Source of the DNA: Vicinamibacterales bacterium
GTDB lineage: Bacteria > Acidobacteriota > Vicinamibacteria > Vicinamibacterales > CAVVIG01
DNA length: 64,000 nt
Direction: 5' to 3'
NCBI GenBank assembly: GCA_050249955.1
Contig: JBFWPN010000001.1
Span: 896,716 to 960,715 of the forward strand
The notes under the pieces: generated by a model
Database searches by the model: none
Told to the model about the DNA's origin: nothing
Seen by the model: only the letters and a program-made list of their open reading frames with translations
Shown here: in pieces, positions 17,871 through 29,300 of the stretch
Layout: every line of letters begins with the position of its first letter
Position numbering within the stretch: the first letter of the stretch is position 1
Position numbers and translations under genes: made by a program

Positions 17871-19723
17871 GCCTGCGGCAGCAGGATCGTGAAGGTCGTC
17901 CCCTTCCCTGGAGTTGACTGTACTTCAATCTCGCCGTCGTGCATCTGCACGGTGCGATAGACCATCGACAGGCCGATGCCGCTGCCCCGCTCCTTCGTCG
18001 TGAAGTAGAGGTCGAAGATGCGCTGCAGGTGTTCCGGCTTGATGCCCACGCCCGTGTCGGCCACGGTGATGCGGACACGGCGGCCGCGCACCCCCTCGCA
18101 CCGCAGCCGGAGCGTGCCCCCGCCGGGCATCGCCTGGCAGGCGTTCAGCGCCAGGTTCAGCAGCGCCTGCCTGAGCATCGTGGGATCGCCGTTCACCTCG
18201 GGCTCGCCCTCGGCCTCGGTCACGATCTGGACACCGCGCTGGTTCGCCTCGGTCGAGATGATCGGCACCACCTCGTTGATCAGCTCCGTGAGGTTCACCG
18301 GCCGCAGCTGCAGGTCCTCGGGGCGCGAGAACTTGAGGAAGCCCTGCACCACCTCGTCGAGCCGGCGGATCTCGCGCGCGATGACGTCGACGTGCTGCAA
18401 CGCCTCTGGTGCCGGGGCCCCGGCGGGGCCGGCGTCGAGGTTCAGTGGGCCGCGGGCGGCACCGCGCGCCGAGGCGAGGGCCGACGGCGCCACGTACTGC
18501 CGCAGCAGCTCGAGGTGGATCATCATCGCGTTCAGCGGGTTCTTCACCTCGTGCGCCACGCCGGCCGAGAGCCTGCCCAGGGCGGCGAGCTTGCGCGAGT
18601 ACCGGATGGTGGACTCGACCTGGCTGAGGTACTCCACGTTGCGCGCGATGAGCATCACACCCACAAGGTGTCCGGCCCCGTCGTTCACCGGATGCGCCAG
18701 CAACAGGCGTTCACCCGCCTCGCCCTTGGGCTCGCCGAACACCGCCTGCGTCGGTCCGCGCGACTGGCGCGTGGTGAGGGTGTCCTCCGCCATGCGGCGC
18801 AAGGGATGGTCGGGCGCGATCAGCGCCTCGAGCGCTGCACCCGGTGCGGCAGCCGGCAGCAGCAGGCGCATGGCCGGATTGGCGAACAGCAGCCGGCCGT
18901 CCGGGCCGACGATGGCCACGGCATCCTCGAGGTGTTCGACCGCCGACTCGAGGTGCGCCACCTGTCCCGCCATGTGCGAACGGTCGGCCGCAATCTGGGC
19001 GCTCATGGTGTTGAAGAAGGTGCCCAGTTCCCCGAACTCGTCGGCCTGCGGCAGGTCGAGCTGCACGCCCGACTCACCGCGGCCAAGGCGCGTGAGGCCG
19101 CTCCTGATCACGTGGATGGGGCGGAGGAGCAGCTGCGCCAGTACCGTCGCCCCGAAGACGGCGGCGGCGAGCGCACCAAGGGCCGTCAGTACCGCCGGAC
19201 CGAGCGAGCGGTTCAGGTCGCGGCGGATGAGCAGCGTGGAGACGCCGATGTGAATGGAGCCGATCGGCTGGTCGCCCATGAACAGCGGCTGCGCGTATTC
19301 GAGGTTGCGGCCCTGGTCACGGTAGATGGCCAGCAGCCGGCTGAAGGCGGGCCGGTCGAGCAGTTCCTGCAGGTTGGCCGACCGCGGCAGCGGACGACCC
19401 TCCTGGCTGGTGTCGGCATTGAGCACCGCGATGCCGTCGGGGCTGGTGATGGCGGCCACGGTGACCGCCGGATCGTTCAGGCTGGCTTCGAGAATCGAGC
19501 GGAGCGCGGCGTCGGCGTGCAGCGCCTCGTACGGGTCGCTGACAATCGGCACCGCGCTCGCGCGGTAGGAGATGGCGCTGGCCAGCAGCTCGGCGCGCGC
19601 CCCACTGTCGTCGAGGCCCGCCTTGGCGAGCTGCGACAGGTGCATCAGGCTCAGGGCCACTACCACCACACCCACGATGGTGGTGACGCCGAGCACCTGC
19701 TTGCCCTTGATGCCGAGTCGCAT
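17867..19723 (-). CDS. Sensor histidine kinase (TM-HAMP-PAS-HisKA-HATPase)
   Basis: N-terminal TM 'VTTIVGVVVVALSLM', HAMP 'LLLRPIHVIRSGLTRLGRGE', H-box 'GVAHEVKNPLNAM', and ATPase boxes 'NLALNACQAM', 'DTGVGI', 'GSGIGLSMV'. Confidence 0.9.
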   Translation of the reverse strand: MRLGIKGKQVLGVTTIVGVVVVALSLMHLSQLAKAGLDDSGARAELLASAISYRASAVPIVSDPYEALHADAALRSILEASLNDPAVTVAAITSPDGIAVLNADTSQEGRPLPRSANLQELLDRPAFSRLLAIYRDQGRNLEYAQPLFMGDQPIGSIHIGVSTLLIRRDLNRSLGPAVLTALGALAAAVFGATVLAQLLLRPIHVIRSGLTRLGRGESGVQLDLPQADEFGELGTFFNTMSAQIAADRSHMAGQVAHLESAVEHLEDAVAIVGPDGRLLFANPAMRLLLPAAAPGAALEALIAPDHPLRRMAEDTLTTRQSRGPTQAVFGEPKGEAGERLLLAHPVNDGAGHLVGVMLIARNVEYLSQVESTIRYSRKLAALGRLSAGVAHEVKNPLNAMMIHLELLRQYVAPSALASARGAARGPLNLDAGPAGAPAPEALQHVDVIAREIRRLDEVVQGFLKFSRPEDLQLRPVNLTELINEVVPIISTEANQRGVQIVTEAEGEPEVNGDPTMLRQALLNLALNACQAMPGGGTLRLRCEGVRGRRVRITVADTGVGIKPEHLQRIFDLYFTTKERGSGIGLSMVYRTVQMHDGEIEVQSTPGKGTTFTILLPQA

Positions 19724-19754
19724 GGCTCGATCCTAGCCTGCCCGGGGCGCGGAC

Positions 19755-21170
<1,416 letters not shown>

Positions 21171-21292
21171 TTTTACATTGTGAGTTGCGCCGGGTAGCAG
21201 CGCAAGCTCAGCCCTCATGCTTGTAAGTTGTTGACCAGAAAACCTCTACAATGGTGACGGTCCACGGGGACCGGGCCACAGGAGAGGGTGAC

Positions 21293-22111
21293 ATGCGACG
21301 CTGTGCAATTGTTGTGCTTGTTTTTGGTCTGACTGCCGCGGCCTGCCAGCCTGCCCCTCCCGGGACCGGCCAGCCACCCGCCGGCGACCCGGCCGCCGCT
21401 GCTGCCGCTGGTGGTACCCCTTCGGCCAGTGCCCCTTCGGCGGGGGCCGCTGGAGCGGTTCAGGGCGAGGCCGCGTCGGGCACCGGCACGGGAACAGGCG
21501 CCACGGCGCCCGCCGGCGCCATGGGCCTGACCACCGCCGGGGGCTCAGCTCCCGCGCAGGCCTCGGAGCCGGCACCGGTCGAGGTCACCATCCCCGAGGG
21601 CACCACGCTCGCGCTCACGCTCGATACCGCCGTGGCCTCGGACCAGAGCAGGGTCGAACAGGCCGTCGGTGCCACCCTGAAGGATGCGATTTCCGTCGAC
21701 GGGATCACGGCGTTGCCGATCGGCACGACCCTCGCCGGCGCGGTGACAGAGGTGGAGCGTGCCGGGAAGGTCAAGGGTCGCGCGCACCTCGCCTTCCGCT
21801 TCACCGAACTCACACGGCCCGACGACCCCACCCGTTATGACGTCCGCACCTCGCCGGTCTCCCGCACGGCGGCCGCCACGAAAGGCAAGGACGCACTGAA
21901 GGTCGGCGGCGGCGCACTCGGCGGGGCCATCATCGGCGGCATCGCCGGAGGCAAGAAGGGCGCGGCCATCGGCTCCGCCGCCGGCGCAGGCGCCGGTGGC
22001 GCGGTGGTGATGTCGACCCGGGGCGACGAGGTGCGCCTGGCGAAGGGCGCGAGCATCAGCGTGACGCTCTCGCGGCCGCTGGTCGTCCGGGTGCCGCGAG
22101 GCACGCACTGA
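21293..22111 (+). CDS. Lipoprotein with C-terminal glycine-zipper segment
   Basis: GGAG-type RBS 5-12 nt upstream of ATG 21293. Lipobox 'FGLTAAAC'. C-terminal 'GGGALGGAIIGGIAGGKKGAAIGSAAGAGAGGAVV'. Confidence 0.75.
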   Translation: MRRCAIVVLVFGLTAAACQPAPPGTGQPPAGDPAAAAAAGGTPSASAPSAGAAGAVQGEAASGTGTGTGATAPAGAMGLTTAGGSAPAQASEPAPVEVTIPEGTTLALTLDTAVASDQSRVEQAVGATLKDAISVDGITALPIGTTLAGAVTEVERAGKVKGRAHLAFRFTELTRPDDPTRYDVRTSPVSRTAAATKGKDALKVGGGALGGAIIGGIAGGKKGAAIGSAAGAGAGGAVVMSTRGDEVRLAKGASISVTLSRPLVVRVPRGTH

Positions 22112-22113
22112 CC

Positions 22114-22863
22114 GTGGACGCGGATCAACCGCCCATCGCGGGCGCGGACACCGCCGAACCGCCTCCGGCGCCAGCCGCCCGCGCGGCAGCCGTCATGGAG
22201 GTGCTGCTGTGCTCCGGCTACCCCACGCAGATCGCGGTGGCCCAGACGTTCGCGGTCTTCGGCGTGCGGCCCATCAGTCCCACGTCGTTCTCGCTCGCCT
22301 ACGTCACCGCCATCTCGCTGGTCGACACCGCGATCCTCATCGGGCTCATGGTCTTCTTCCTCCGGTCGCGCGGCGAGTCGCCACGGGTCGCCTTCTTCGG
22401 TGAGCGTCCGCTCCGCAGCGAGCTGCGGGCCGGGCTGCCACTCGTCTTCGTCGCCTTCGTCATCGCCGTGGTGCTGATGCTCACGCTGCAGGCAGTCGCC
22501 CCGTGGCTGCACAACGTCACGCGGAACCCGTTCCAGGATGCGGTGAAGACCCGGCTGGACGTCGTGCTGCTGGTCCTGGTGGTGGTGATCGCGGGCGGCC
22601 TGCGCGAGGAACTGCAGCGGGCATTCCTGCTGGGACGATTCGATCGCTGGCTCGGTGGTGCGCGGGTGGGCCTCGTGCTGACCAGCCTCGCGTTCGGACT
22701 GGGGCACTACTACGAAGGTCGCGATGCGGTGATCGTCACCGCCACCCTGGGCGCCTTCTGGGGGTCGGTCTACCTCGCCCGCCGCTCAGCCGCCGCCCCC
22801 ATCGTCAGCCACGCCGGGTTCAACCTGCTGCAGGTGGTGCAGTTCCTCACGGTCATCCGCTGA
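22114..22863 (+). CDS. CPBP (CAAX/Abi) family intramembrane glutamic protease
   Basis: GTG at 22114, 2 nt after the upstream stop. Motifs 'GLREELQRAF' (EExxxR), 'LAFGLGHY', 'SHAGFN'. Multi-TM. Confidence 0.8.
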   Translation: MDADQPPIAGADTAEPPPAPAARAAAVMEVLLCSGYPTQIAVAQTFAVFGVRPISPTSFSLAYVTAISLVDTAILIGLMVFFLRSRGESPRVAFFGERPLRSELRAGLPLVFVAFVIAVVLMLTLQAVAPWLHNVTRNPFQDAVKTRLDVVLLVLVVVIAGGLREELQRAFLLGRFDRWLGGARVGLVLTSLAFGLGHYYEGRDAVIVTATLGAFWGSVYLARRSAAAPIVSHAGFNLLQVVQFLTVIR

Positions 22864-22878
22864 GCGACGACGCCCGGG

Positions 22879-23412
22879 TCAGGGGCCCGGTTGCGCGAGA
22901 TCGATGACGTCCGCGCGCCGGCGCAGCCCGCCCACCCATTCGTCCACCAGGCGCCGCTGCTCGGCCGGGGTGTCGGCGGTGAAGCGCTGGTCGAGGTACG
23001 CGCGGATGCGCAGGTCCTCGCGCAGCAGTTCGCGGACGAACGCGCGATCGATGCCCAGCCGGGCCACCGTCGCCTCGAACGCGTCGGCACTCGGGAAGCG
23101 CGCCACCACGGCGTCGAGCGTGGCATCGATCGTCTCGGCCGACGGCTCGGGCGGCGCGAAGCGGTTCACCTCGGCCAGCACCAGGGCACGGTCGACGAGC
23201 TGCGCGAGCACCGCACGCACCGGGTCGTCCGCGTCGCGCACGTCCACACGCCCCAGCTCACGGGCGGCACGAACGTCGCTCAGCGTGATGACCTCGCCAC
23301 CAGCCACGGCGAGGACCCGGTCAATCACCTCCTGGGCGTGCGAACGCGCCGGCACCAGCGCCATGATGCAGACCAGTCCGCGCAGCGTCCAGGCTGTGAG
23401 GATGCGGTTCAT
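22879..23412 (-). CDS. Periplasmic SurA N-terminal-domain-like chaperone (no PPIase domain)
   Basis: ATG at 23412 gives a signal peptide ending 'ARSHAQE'. 'VIDRVLAVAGGEVITLSDV' is SurA_N-like. It starts 1 nt after the bamA stop. Confidence 0.6.
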   Translation of the reverse strand: MNRILTAWTLRGLVCIMALVPARSHAQEVIDRVLAVAGGEVITLSDVRAARELGRVDVRDADDPVRAVLAQLVDRALVLAEVNRFAPPEPSAETIDATLDAVVARFPSADAFEATVARLGIDRAFVRELLREDLRIRAYLDQRFTADTPAEQRRLVDEWVGGLRRRADVIDLAQPGP

Positions 23413-23413
23413 C

Positions 23414-26320
23414 TCAGAACGCCTCCCCGAAGGTGATGAACCACTGGATGCGCGACTCCTCGCCCCGCCTCGGCACCTTGAAGCCCAGGTCGAACCGGAG
23501 CGGACCGACCGGCGACTTGTAGCGGAAGCCCACGCCCAGCGCACTGCGGAGGTCGCCCACGTTCACGTCGGTGACCCTGTTGAACACGTTGCCGACGTCG
23601 GCAAAGGTCACCAGCCGCACCGCCGTGCGCACCGGGATGCGGAGCTCGCCATTGAGGATGAGCAGCGCGTTGCCGCCGAGCGGGAACCCCGCCGGGTCGA
23701 TGGTGTCCGATGCGCGCCTGGGCGTGTGCGTCACGCCCAGGCGGTCGAGCGCGAAGCTGCGGACGGTCGTGTCGCCGCCGGCAAAGAACCGCTCGCTGGC
23801 CGGCAGGTCGCGCGACCCGCTCGCGTTCGGAAACCCGACGGCAGCCCCCACGCGCGCACTTGTCGCGAACACCACACCGCGCTGGCCGGGCAGGGTGCGG
23901 AACGACTGCGCCGTGACGAACGACTTCATGAAGCCGACCTCGGAGCCGATGGCCCTGGCCGCCATCTGCCCGTTGGCGCTCATGTACTGGCCGTGGCTCG
24001 GATCCACCGGGTCGTTCCGGGTGTCCCGGATCACCGACGCCACGAACGAGGAGATGCGGACCTTGGGGAAGAGCCGGTCGATGCTCCGCTGCTGCGACGG
24101 GTCGACGCTCTGGTTGAAGACGCGCGTGCGCTGAATCTGGTAGCCGCCGCTCGCGCTCATGTTCCGCGGCAGGCGCACCGCCAGTTCGGCAGAGACTGCG
24201 CGCCGCGAGAAGTTGAAGCTGGACCGGATCTGCTGCTCGAACGTGCCGGTCACGCGGAAGTCGGCACGCGACTGCAGGATGCGCGGCTGCCGGAACTGCC
24301 CGAGCACGCGGTACTGCGGGAAGCCCCACCCGCCGGTATCGGGCAGGGTGGACTGATCCTGGTTCGCGAACACCGGCGAGTTGCGCGGGTGCAGGCTGGC
24401 GCTGGTGAAGAGGTTCACCGAGCGGTTCGTGCCGAAGAGGTTACGCCGCCCCACTTCGAACGACGCGCGTGGTGCGAACTGCAGCTGCTCGGACGCCACC
24501 GTCGGGTCGTTCGGCGACCGCACGACGCGCGAGCGGACCTCGAAGCCGCCGCCCCATCCCACGGTGGTGAGCGGGGCCTCGTCGACGGTGACCAGCACGT
24601 CGCGGTGCGCTTCGTCGCCCCGCCCGAGCTGCGTGATCCGCGCGCGGCGGAACAGGCCGAGCGAGGCGAGCCGGCGCTGACTCTCGCTGATGGCCTCCAG
24701 GCCGAGCGGGTCGCCGGCCTTGAACTGCAGCTCGCGCTCGATGGTCTCCGTCTTCGTCCGGGTATTCCCCACAATCAGCACGTGGTCGACGATGACCCGG
24801 GGTCCCTCGCGGACGGCGAACACCACATCGGCCCGCGTCGTGTCGACCGAGAGCCCCTGGCGCGACTCCACCGTCACGTTCTGATAGCCGCGGTTCGCAT
24901 ACATCAGCTCGATGGCGTCACGATCCGCCGCAAGCCGCGCGAGCGAGAACGGTGCCCCAGGCGCGAGGCTGAGGCTGGCCAGCAGGTCCCCCTCCGGGAC
25001 GGACTGGTTCCCCTCGATCCGCACGGAGCTGACCAGCGTCTGCGCGTTCTCGACCACGTCGATCCGGATGGCCACCGGCACCTGCTGATCCGCGCCCGGC
25101 GGCCCGGGCACCGTCGTGGCCTCGGCACGGGCGGCCGTGTACCCGACCCTGCGGTAGAGCTCCTCGATCTGCGTGAGGTCTGCGTCCAGGGCCGCAGCAG
25201 AGAACGGCTGTCCCGCACGCACCCGCAGGCGCGCCAGCAGGTCCGCCGCCGGCACCGCCACGTTGCCGGTCACCTCCACGGCCGACACCCTGTGGAGGCT
25301 GCCGCGCGTTACGGTGAAGGTGATGAAGAGGTCGCCGTTGCGCTCCTCGCGCCGATAGGGGGCCTTCGCGTCGCGATAGCCCTGCGCGCGGAAGAAGTCC
25401 TGGATCCGGTTGCTCGAGTCCTCCAGCAGGTCCTCGTCGGCCGACCCCTCGCGCGCCACCGGCACCAGTTCGTCGCGGCGGTCGTCCGGGACCGGGTCTC
25501 CCTCGAACTGCAGGTGCACCACGGGTCCCCGGATGGCGGTGAGCCGCAGGTCGACGGTGCGGCCGTCGGTCGAGAACACGGGGATGGCCGACAGGCGCGC
25601 CTCGTAGAAACTCCGGCGACGCATCTCGTTGAGGTGCCGCTCGATGCGCGCGAGCAGCCGCTGCCGTTCGTACGGCTGCCCCGTGGCGAGGTCGAGCTGT
25701 GCCAGCAGCGCCGACGCCGGCATCCCCGGCGTCCCCTCCACGGTGATCGTGCCGAGCCGCGCTCGCGTGCCTGGGTCGATGGCGAAGGTCAGCAGCGTCC
25801 GGTCTGGCTGGTGCTCGACCGCCGCGCGGGGCGTCACCCGCGCGCGCAGGTATCCCTCGTCCCGGAGCGTGTCCTCGATGGCGCGTGCCATGTCGGCCGC
25901 ACGCGCGGCACGCGGCGAGCGTCCGAACCGCTCGAACAGCATCTGCCGAAGGCCCCCCTCCTCGATGCCGGGGGCCCCGCCAGAAAAGGCGATCTCCTCG
26001 ACCGGGTGCAGGGGAACCAGCTCGTACACCAGCGACACGCCGTTCGTGCCGAGCGAGGCCTTCACCTGCACGTCCTCGTACACGGCAAGGCTGAACAGGT
26101 GCGTGAGCGACTCGCGGACCTCGCGCATGCCGAGCGTGCGACCTGGCGTGGTCTCGACGAGCGCCAGCACGCGCGGATCGGTCACGACCCGCCCCTCCAC
26201 CAGCACCGACACGGCGGCAATCGGCCTGCCCAGGTAGTCGGTCACGTCCGCCCTGGCCGGAGCCGCCACGGCCAGGAGTGCGGCCAGCACGAGCCCGGCC
26301 AGCCTCCACGTCACGCGCAT
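23414..26320 (-). CDS. bamA: Outer membrane protein assembly factor BamA (Omp85)
   Basis: ATG at 26320 ('MRVTWRLAGLVLAALLAVAAPARA'). Multiple POTRA-like repeats, then a beta-barrel ending in the aromatic 'WFITFGEAF'. The longer ORF-track extension is upstream junk that overlaps tamB. Confidence 0.9.
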   Translation of the reverse strand: MRVTWRLAGLVLAALLAVAAPARADVTDYLGRPIAAVSVLVEGRVVTDPRVLALVETTPGRTLGMREVRESLTHLFSLAVYEDVQVKASLGTNGVSLVYELVPLHPVEEIAFSGGAPGIEEGGLRQMLFERFGRSPRAARAADMARAIEDTLRDEGYLRARVTPRAAVEHQPDRTLLTFAIDPGTRARLGTITVEGTPGMPASALLAQLDLATGQPYERQRLLARIERHLNEMRRRSFYEARLSAIPVFSTDGRTVDLRLTAIRGPVVHLQFEGDPVPDDRRDELVPVAREGSADEDLLEDSSNRIQDFFRAQGYRDAKAPYRREERNGDLFITFTVTRGSLHRVSAVEVTGNVAVPAADLLARLRVRAGQPFSAAALDADLTQIEELYRRVGYTAARAEATTVPGPPGADQQVPVAIRIDVVENAQTLVSSVRIEGNQSVPEGDLLASLSLAPGAPFSLARLAADRDAIELMYANRGYQNVTVESRQGLSVDTTRADVVFAVREGPRVIVDHVLIVGNTRTKTETIERELQFKAGDPLGLEAISESQRRLASLGLFRRARITQLGRGDEAHRDVLVTVDEAPLTTVGWGGGFEVRSRVVRSPNDPTVASEQLQFAPRASFEVGRRNLFGTNRSVNLFTSASLHPRNSPVFANQDQSTLPDTGGWGFPQYRVLGQFRQPRILQSRADFRVTGTFEQQIRSSFNFSRRAVSAELAVRLPRNMSASGGYQIQRTRVFNQSVDPSQQRSIDRLFPKVRISSFVASVIRDTRNDPVDPSHGQYMSANGQMAARAIGSEVGFMKSFVTAQSFRTLPGQRGVVFATSARVGAAVGFPNASGSRDLPASERFFAGGDTTVRSFALDRLGVTHTPRRASDTIDPAGFPLGGNALLILNGELRIPVRTAVRLVTFADVGNVFNRVTDVNVGDLRSALGVGFRYKSPVGPLRFDLGFKVPRRGEESRIQWFITFGEAF

Positions 26321-29300
26321 CAGAACGCGTGCCTCACGCGGACCTCGATCGCGTAGCTGGAGTCTTCGTTGCGCGAGAGGATCCACGACAGCCGGTCGCT
26401 CTCGTCGTACTCGAGCAGCAGGATCTGGTCGTTGAACGAGCTGCTGAGGCTGCGCGAGAAGGTGAGGTAGACCCGGTCCGAAATGCGCTTGCCGATGGTG
26501 ACACGCGCCGACGGGTTCACGCGCCCGGTCGACTGGTTGTACGGATCGATCAGCGACGGCGTCACCTGGAAGGTGTCCACACCGAAGGTCTGCTCCACCA
26601 CACGCCCCACTTCGGACGCCACCGGGTTGGCGAGCAGCTGCGTGGCGCGGGTCGTGAGGATGTCGCGCTGGCGCTGGTTCGGGTTCTGCAGCGCGAGCAG
26701 CTCGGCGTCGCCAGCTCCCTGCGATCGGCGCACATCGGTGAAGAGCAGCGCCAGCACGTCGGGAGCCGGCAGCGGCGGATCGGACGTCAGCTCGGGCTGG
26801 AGCCTGTCGAGCGTGCCCACCGCGCGCACGATCACCTGGTAGGTCTGGTAGGGCACGCGCACCCGTGTCTGCGCTTCGACGTCGAAGAACGGCTCGATGC
26901 GCGACGGGTTCGTGAAGTCGATATTGCCCCGGGTGACCAGGTAGCGGCGCCCCTCGAAGGTGATCTCGCCGCGGTCCACCTCGGCCCGCCCGAACAGCAC
27001 CGGTCGATCGTAGGTCCCTCGGAGCTGGAGGTCGGCACTGGCAACGATGCGGGCGAGGTTGTTCTCGATGCGCAGGCTCGAGGGCACCACCACCTCGAGA
27101 TCGAAACGGAGCGGGATGGTGCTGGACGCTGGCGTGGGCGCCATCTCGACACCGCTGCCGCGCCCTCCGAAGCTCATGATGCCGCCGCTCGGATCCATCC
27201 GCTGGGTCCACGTGGCCTGCTTCACGCGCACGGTGCCGCCCAGCGTGGGCGCCTGCACGCTGCCGCGCAGCGAGAGGTCGGCGTCCACGGTGGACCGGAT
27301 CCCCTCGGGATACCGCAGGTGCATGTCCTCGCCCCGCACGGTCACGTTCAGGTCGCCGGGCATGTACCCGTCGAGCCCCACACGGCCCCCGAACTGCACC
27401 CGTCCGCCGCCCATCGTCGCCGTGATGTCGTCCAGGCGGATGCCGCGCGAGTCGAAGCGGATGGCGCCGTTGATGCCGTCGAGGGCGTTCGGCAGCGAGA
27501 AGTGGCGGACCCGCCCGTTCGCGATGACCGCGCTGCCGCTGAAGTTCGGCTCGTACATCGGGCCGTCGATCGCGGCCGTGAGCGTGGCGCGGCCCGCGCC
27601 ACGGACGTCGCGCATGAAGCCCTGCAGGATGCCCAGGTTGGCGTCGCCGTTCGCGCGCAGCGCCACGCGCTCGTCCCCGAGCGACACCGACCCGCCGATG
27701 GAGAGCTGCGTCTGGTCGCCCACCAGCTGGAAGTCCTCGACCCGCACCACCTGCTGCGCCATCGAGAGACGGATGGGACGCGGGATGCGGATGGCGTAGT
27801 CGAACAGCTCCATCTCGAGCCGGTCGACCGTGGCTTCCACGTCGAGCCGTCGCACGTCCTCGAGGGGCCCGCCCACCCGGATGGTGCCGCTCGCCACGGC
27901 GCGCGTGAACTCGGACAGCTTCGGCACGTAGACCCGCACATAGGGGTCGAGCGGGCTGTCGTGGAAGCGGAAGGTCAGGTCGGCGTCGTAGCCGGTCTCG
28001 AGCGAAATGCGTCCCGTGCCGGTCAGCGCCAGCTTGTCCGAGTTGGCTTCGGCCTCACCGATCACCTCGGTGCCACGCAGGCCGAGCGTGCCGGTCACCA
28101 GCCCGACCGGCTCCTGCGCCACGGCGAAGTTGTTGATGCGGAACCGCACGTCGTAGCGCGGGAACTCGAAGGTGCTGCTGCCGGTGGCGGTGAACTCGAT
28201 CACGCCCGACGGCTGCAGCGTGGGGTACGCCAGCAGCGCCACCCGCTCGGCCGGAATGCGGCGACCATCCGCGTTGAACGAATAGGTGCCGTCCCACCCG
28301 ACGTAGGCGGCGCCGGTCACGGTGCCGGTCGCCTTCGCCATGGTCATGCCGTCGAGGCGGACGCCGCGGCCATCGAAGCGCAGCGAGGCGCTCGCCCGCT
28401 GGAACGGCTCGTCATACGCCACCCCATCGTCAATGGTCATGGCGCCGAAGCCGAAGGGGTTCTCGTAGTTGCCGGTGAGGTGGAACTCGCCGCTCAGGCG
28501 GCCGGACACCGGCCAGTCGTCCAGCTCGAAGGCGTGGCGCAGGCTGTCGAGGTCGCGCCTGACGAGCCTGAACCGGGCGTTGACCTCCTCGCCGCCGTCC
28601 TTGCGCGGGTAGCCGAGCGAGTAGAGGCCCTCGGCCCTGATCTCCGAGTCCTCCTTGCGGATGATGCCGTCGGTCACCGTCACGTAGCTGTTCTCGACGA
28701 CGATGTGCGCCGAGCCGTCACCCCAGAGGGTGTCCCAGGCGCGCATGTCCTCACCGGTGAAGAGCCCTTCGACGCGTGGGTTGCGGAAGGGACCCGTGAG
28801 GCCGCCGTCGAACTCGCCACGGCCGCCGAAGGCCACTGCGCCGGTCTTCGCGCCGAAGTCGGTGAGGATGCCGGCGAGCACCTGGTCGCTTTCCTGCCAG
28901 TCGGCGCTCGTCACGTGGAACCGCATGTCGGACTCGTCGCCCCACGCCGTGCGCCCCTCGAAGGAGACGTGGGTCTTCTCGGTGGCGAACCGCCCGTCGC
29001 GCAGGTCGACCGTGTCCGGCCCGAAGTCGTAGGCCGCATGCCCGGCAATCGGGATGTGCGGGGCGAGCGGCATCGGCAGGAACGGCCCCCACTCGTGCCT
29101 GGAGTGGTCGGGGTCTGCGGCGCGCACCGCGTCGAGCGACGGCACCATCGTCGTCGCACCCGCCGGCGGGGTGACGGTCACCTCGCCGCCGCCGCGATGC
29201 TCCGTGAAGCGGCCCATGGGCCATTCGAGCAGGTTGCGCCCCGTGGCCCGGCCGCCGAAGCGGACACCGGCGAACTGGTAGAAGTCGGTCAGCTCGGCCA

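Noticed and set aside
16482-17960. ORFs spanning the 16.4-17.2 kb region (16482..17960(+) 492 aa, 16568..17113(-) 181 aa, 16805..17425(+) 206 aa)
   Set aside because: Their translations are Arg/Pro/Cys-rich without motifs. They run across the nrdJ promoter/operator or antisense to the lipoprotein gene, and the local GC drop argues for non-coding sequence.
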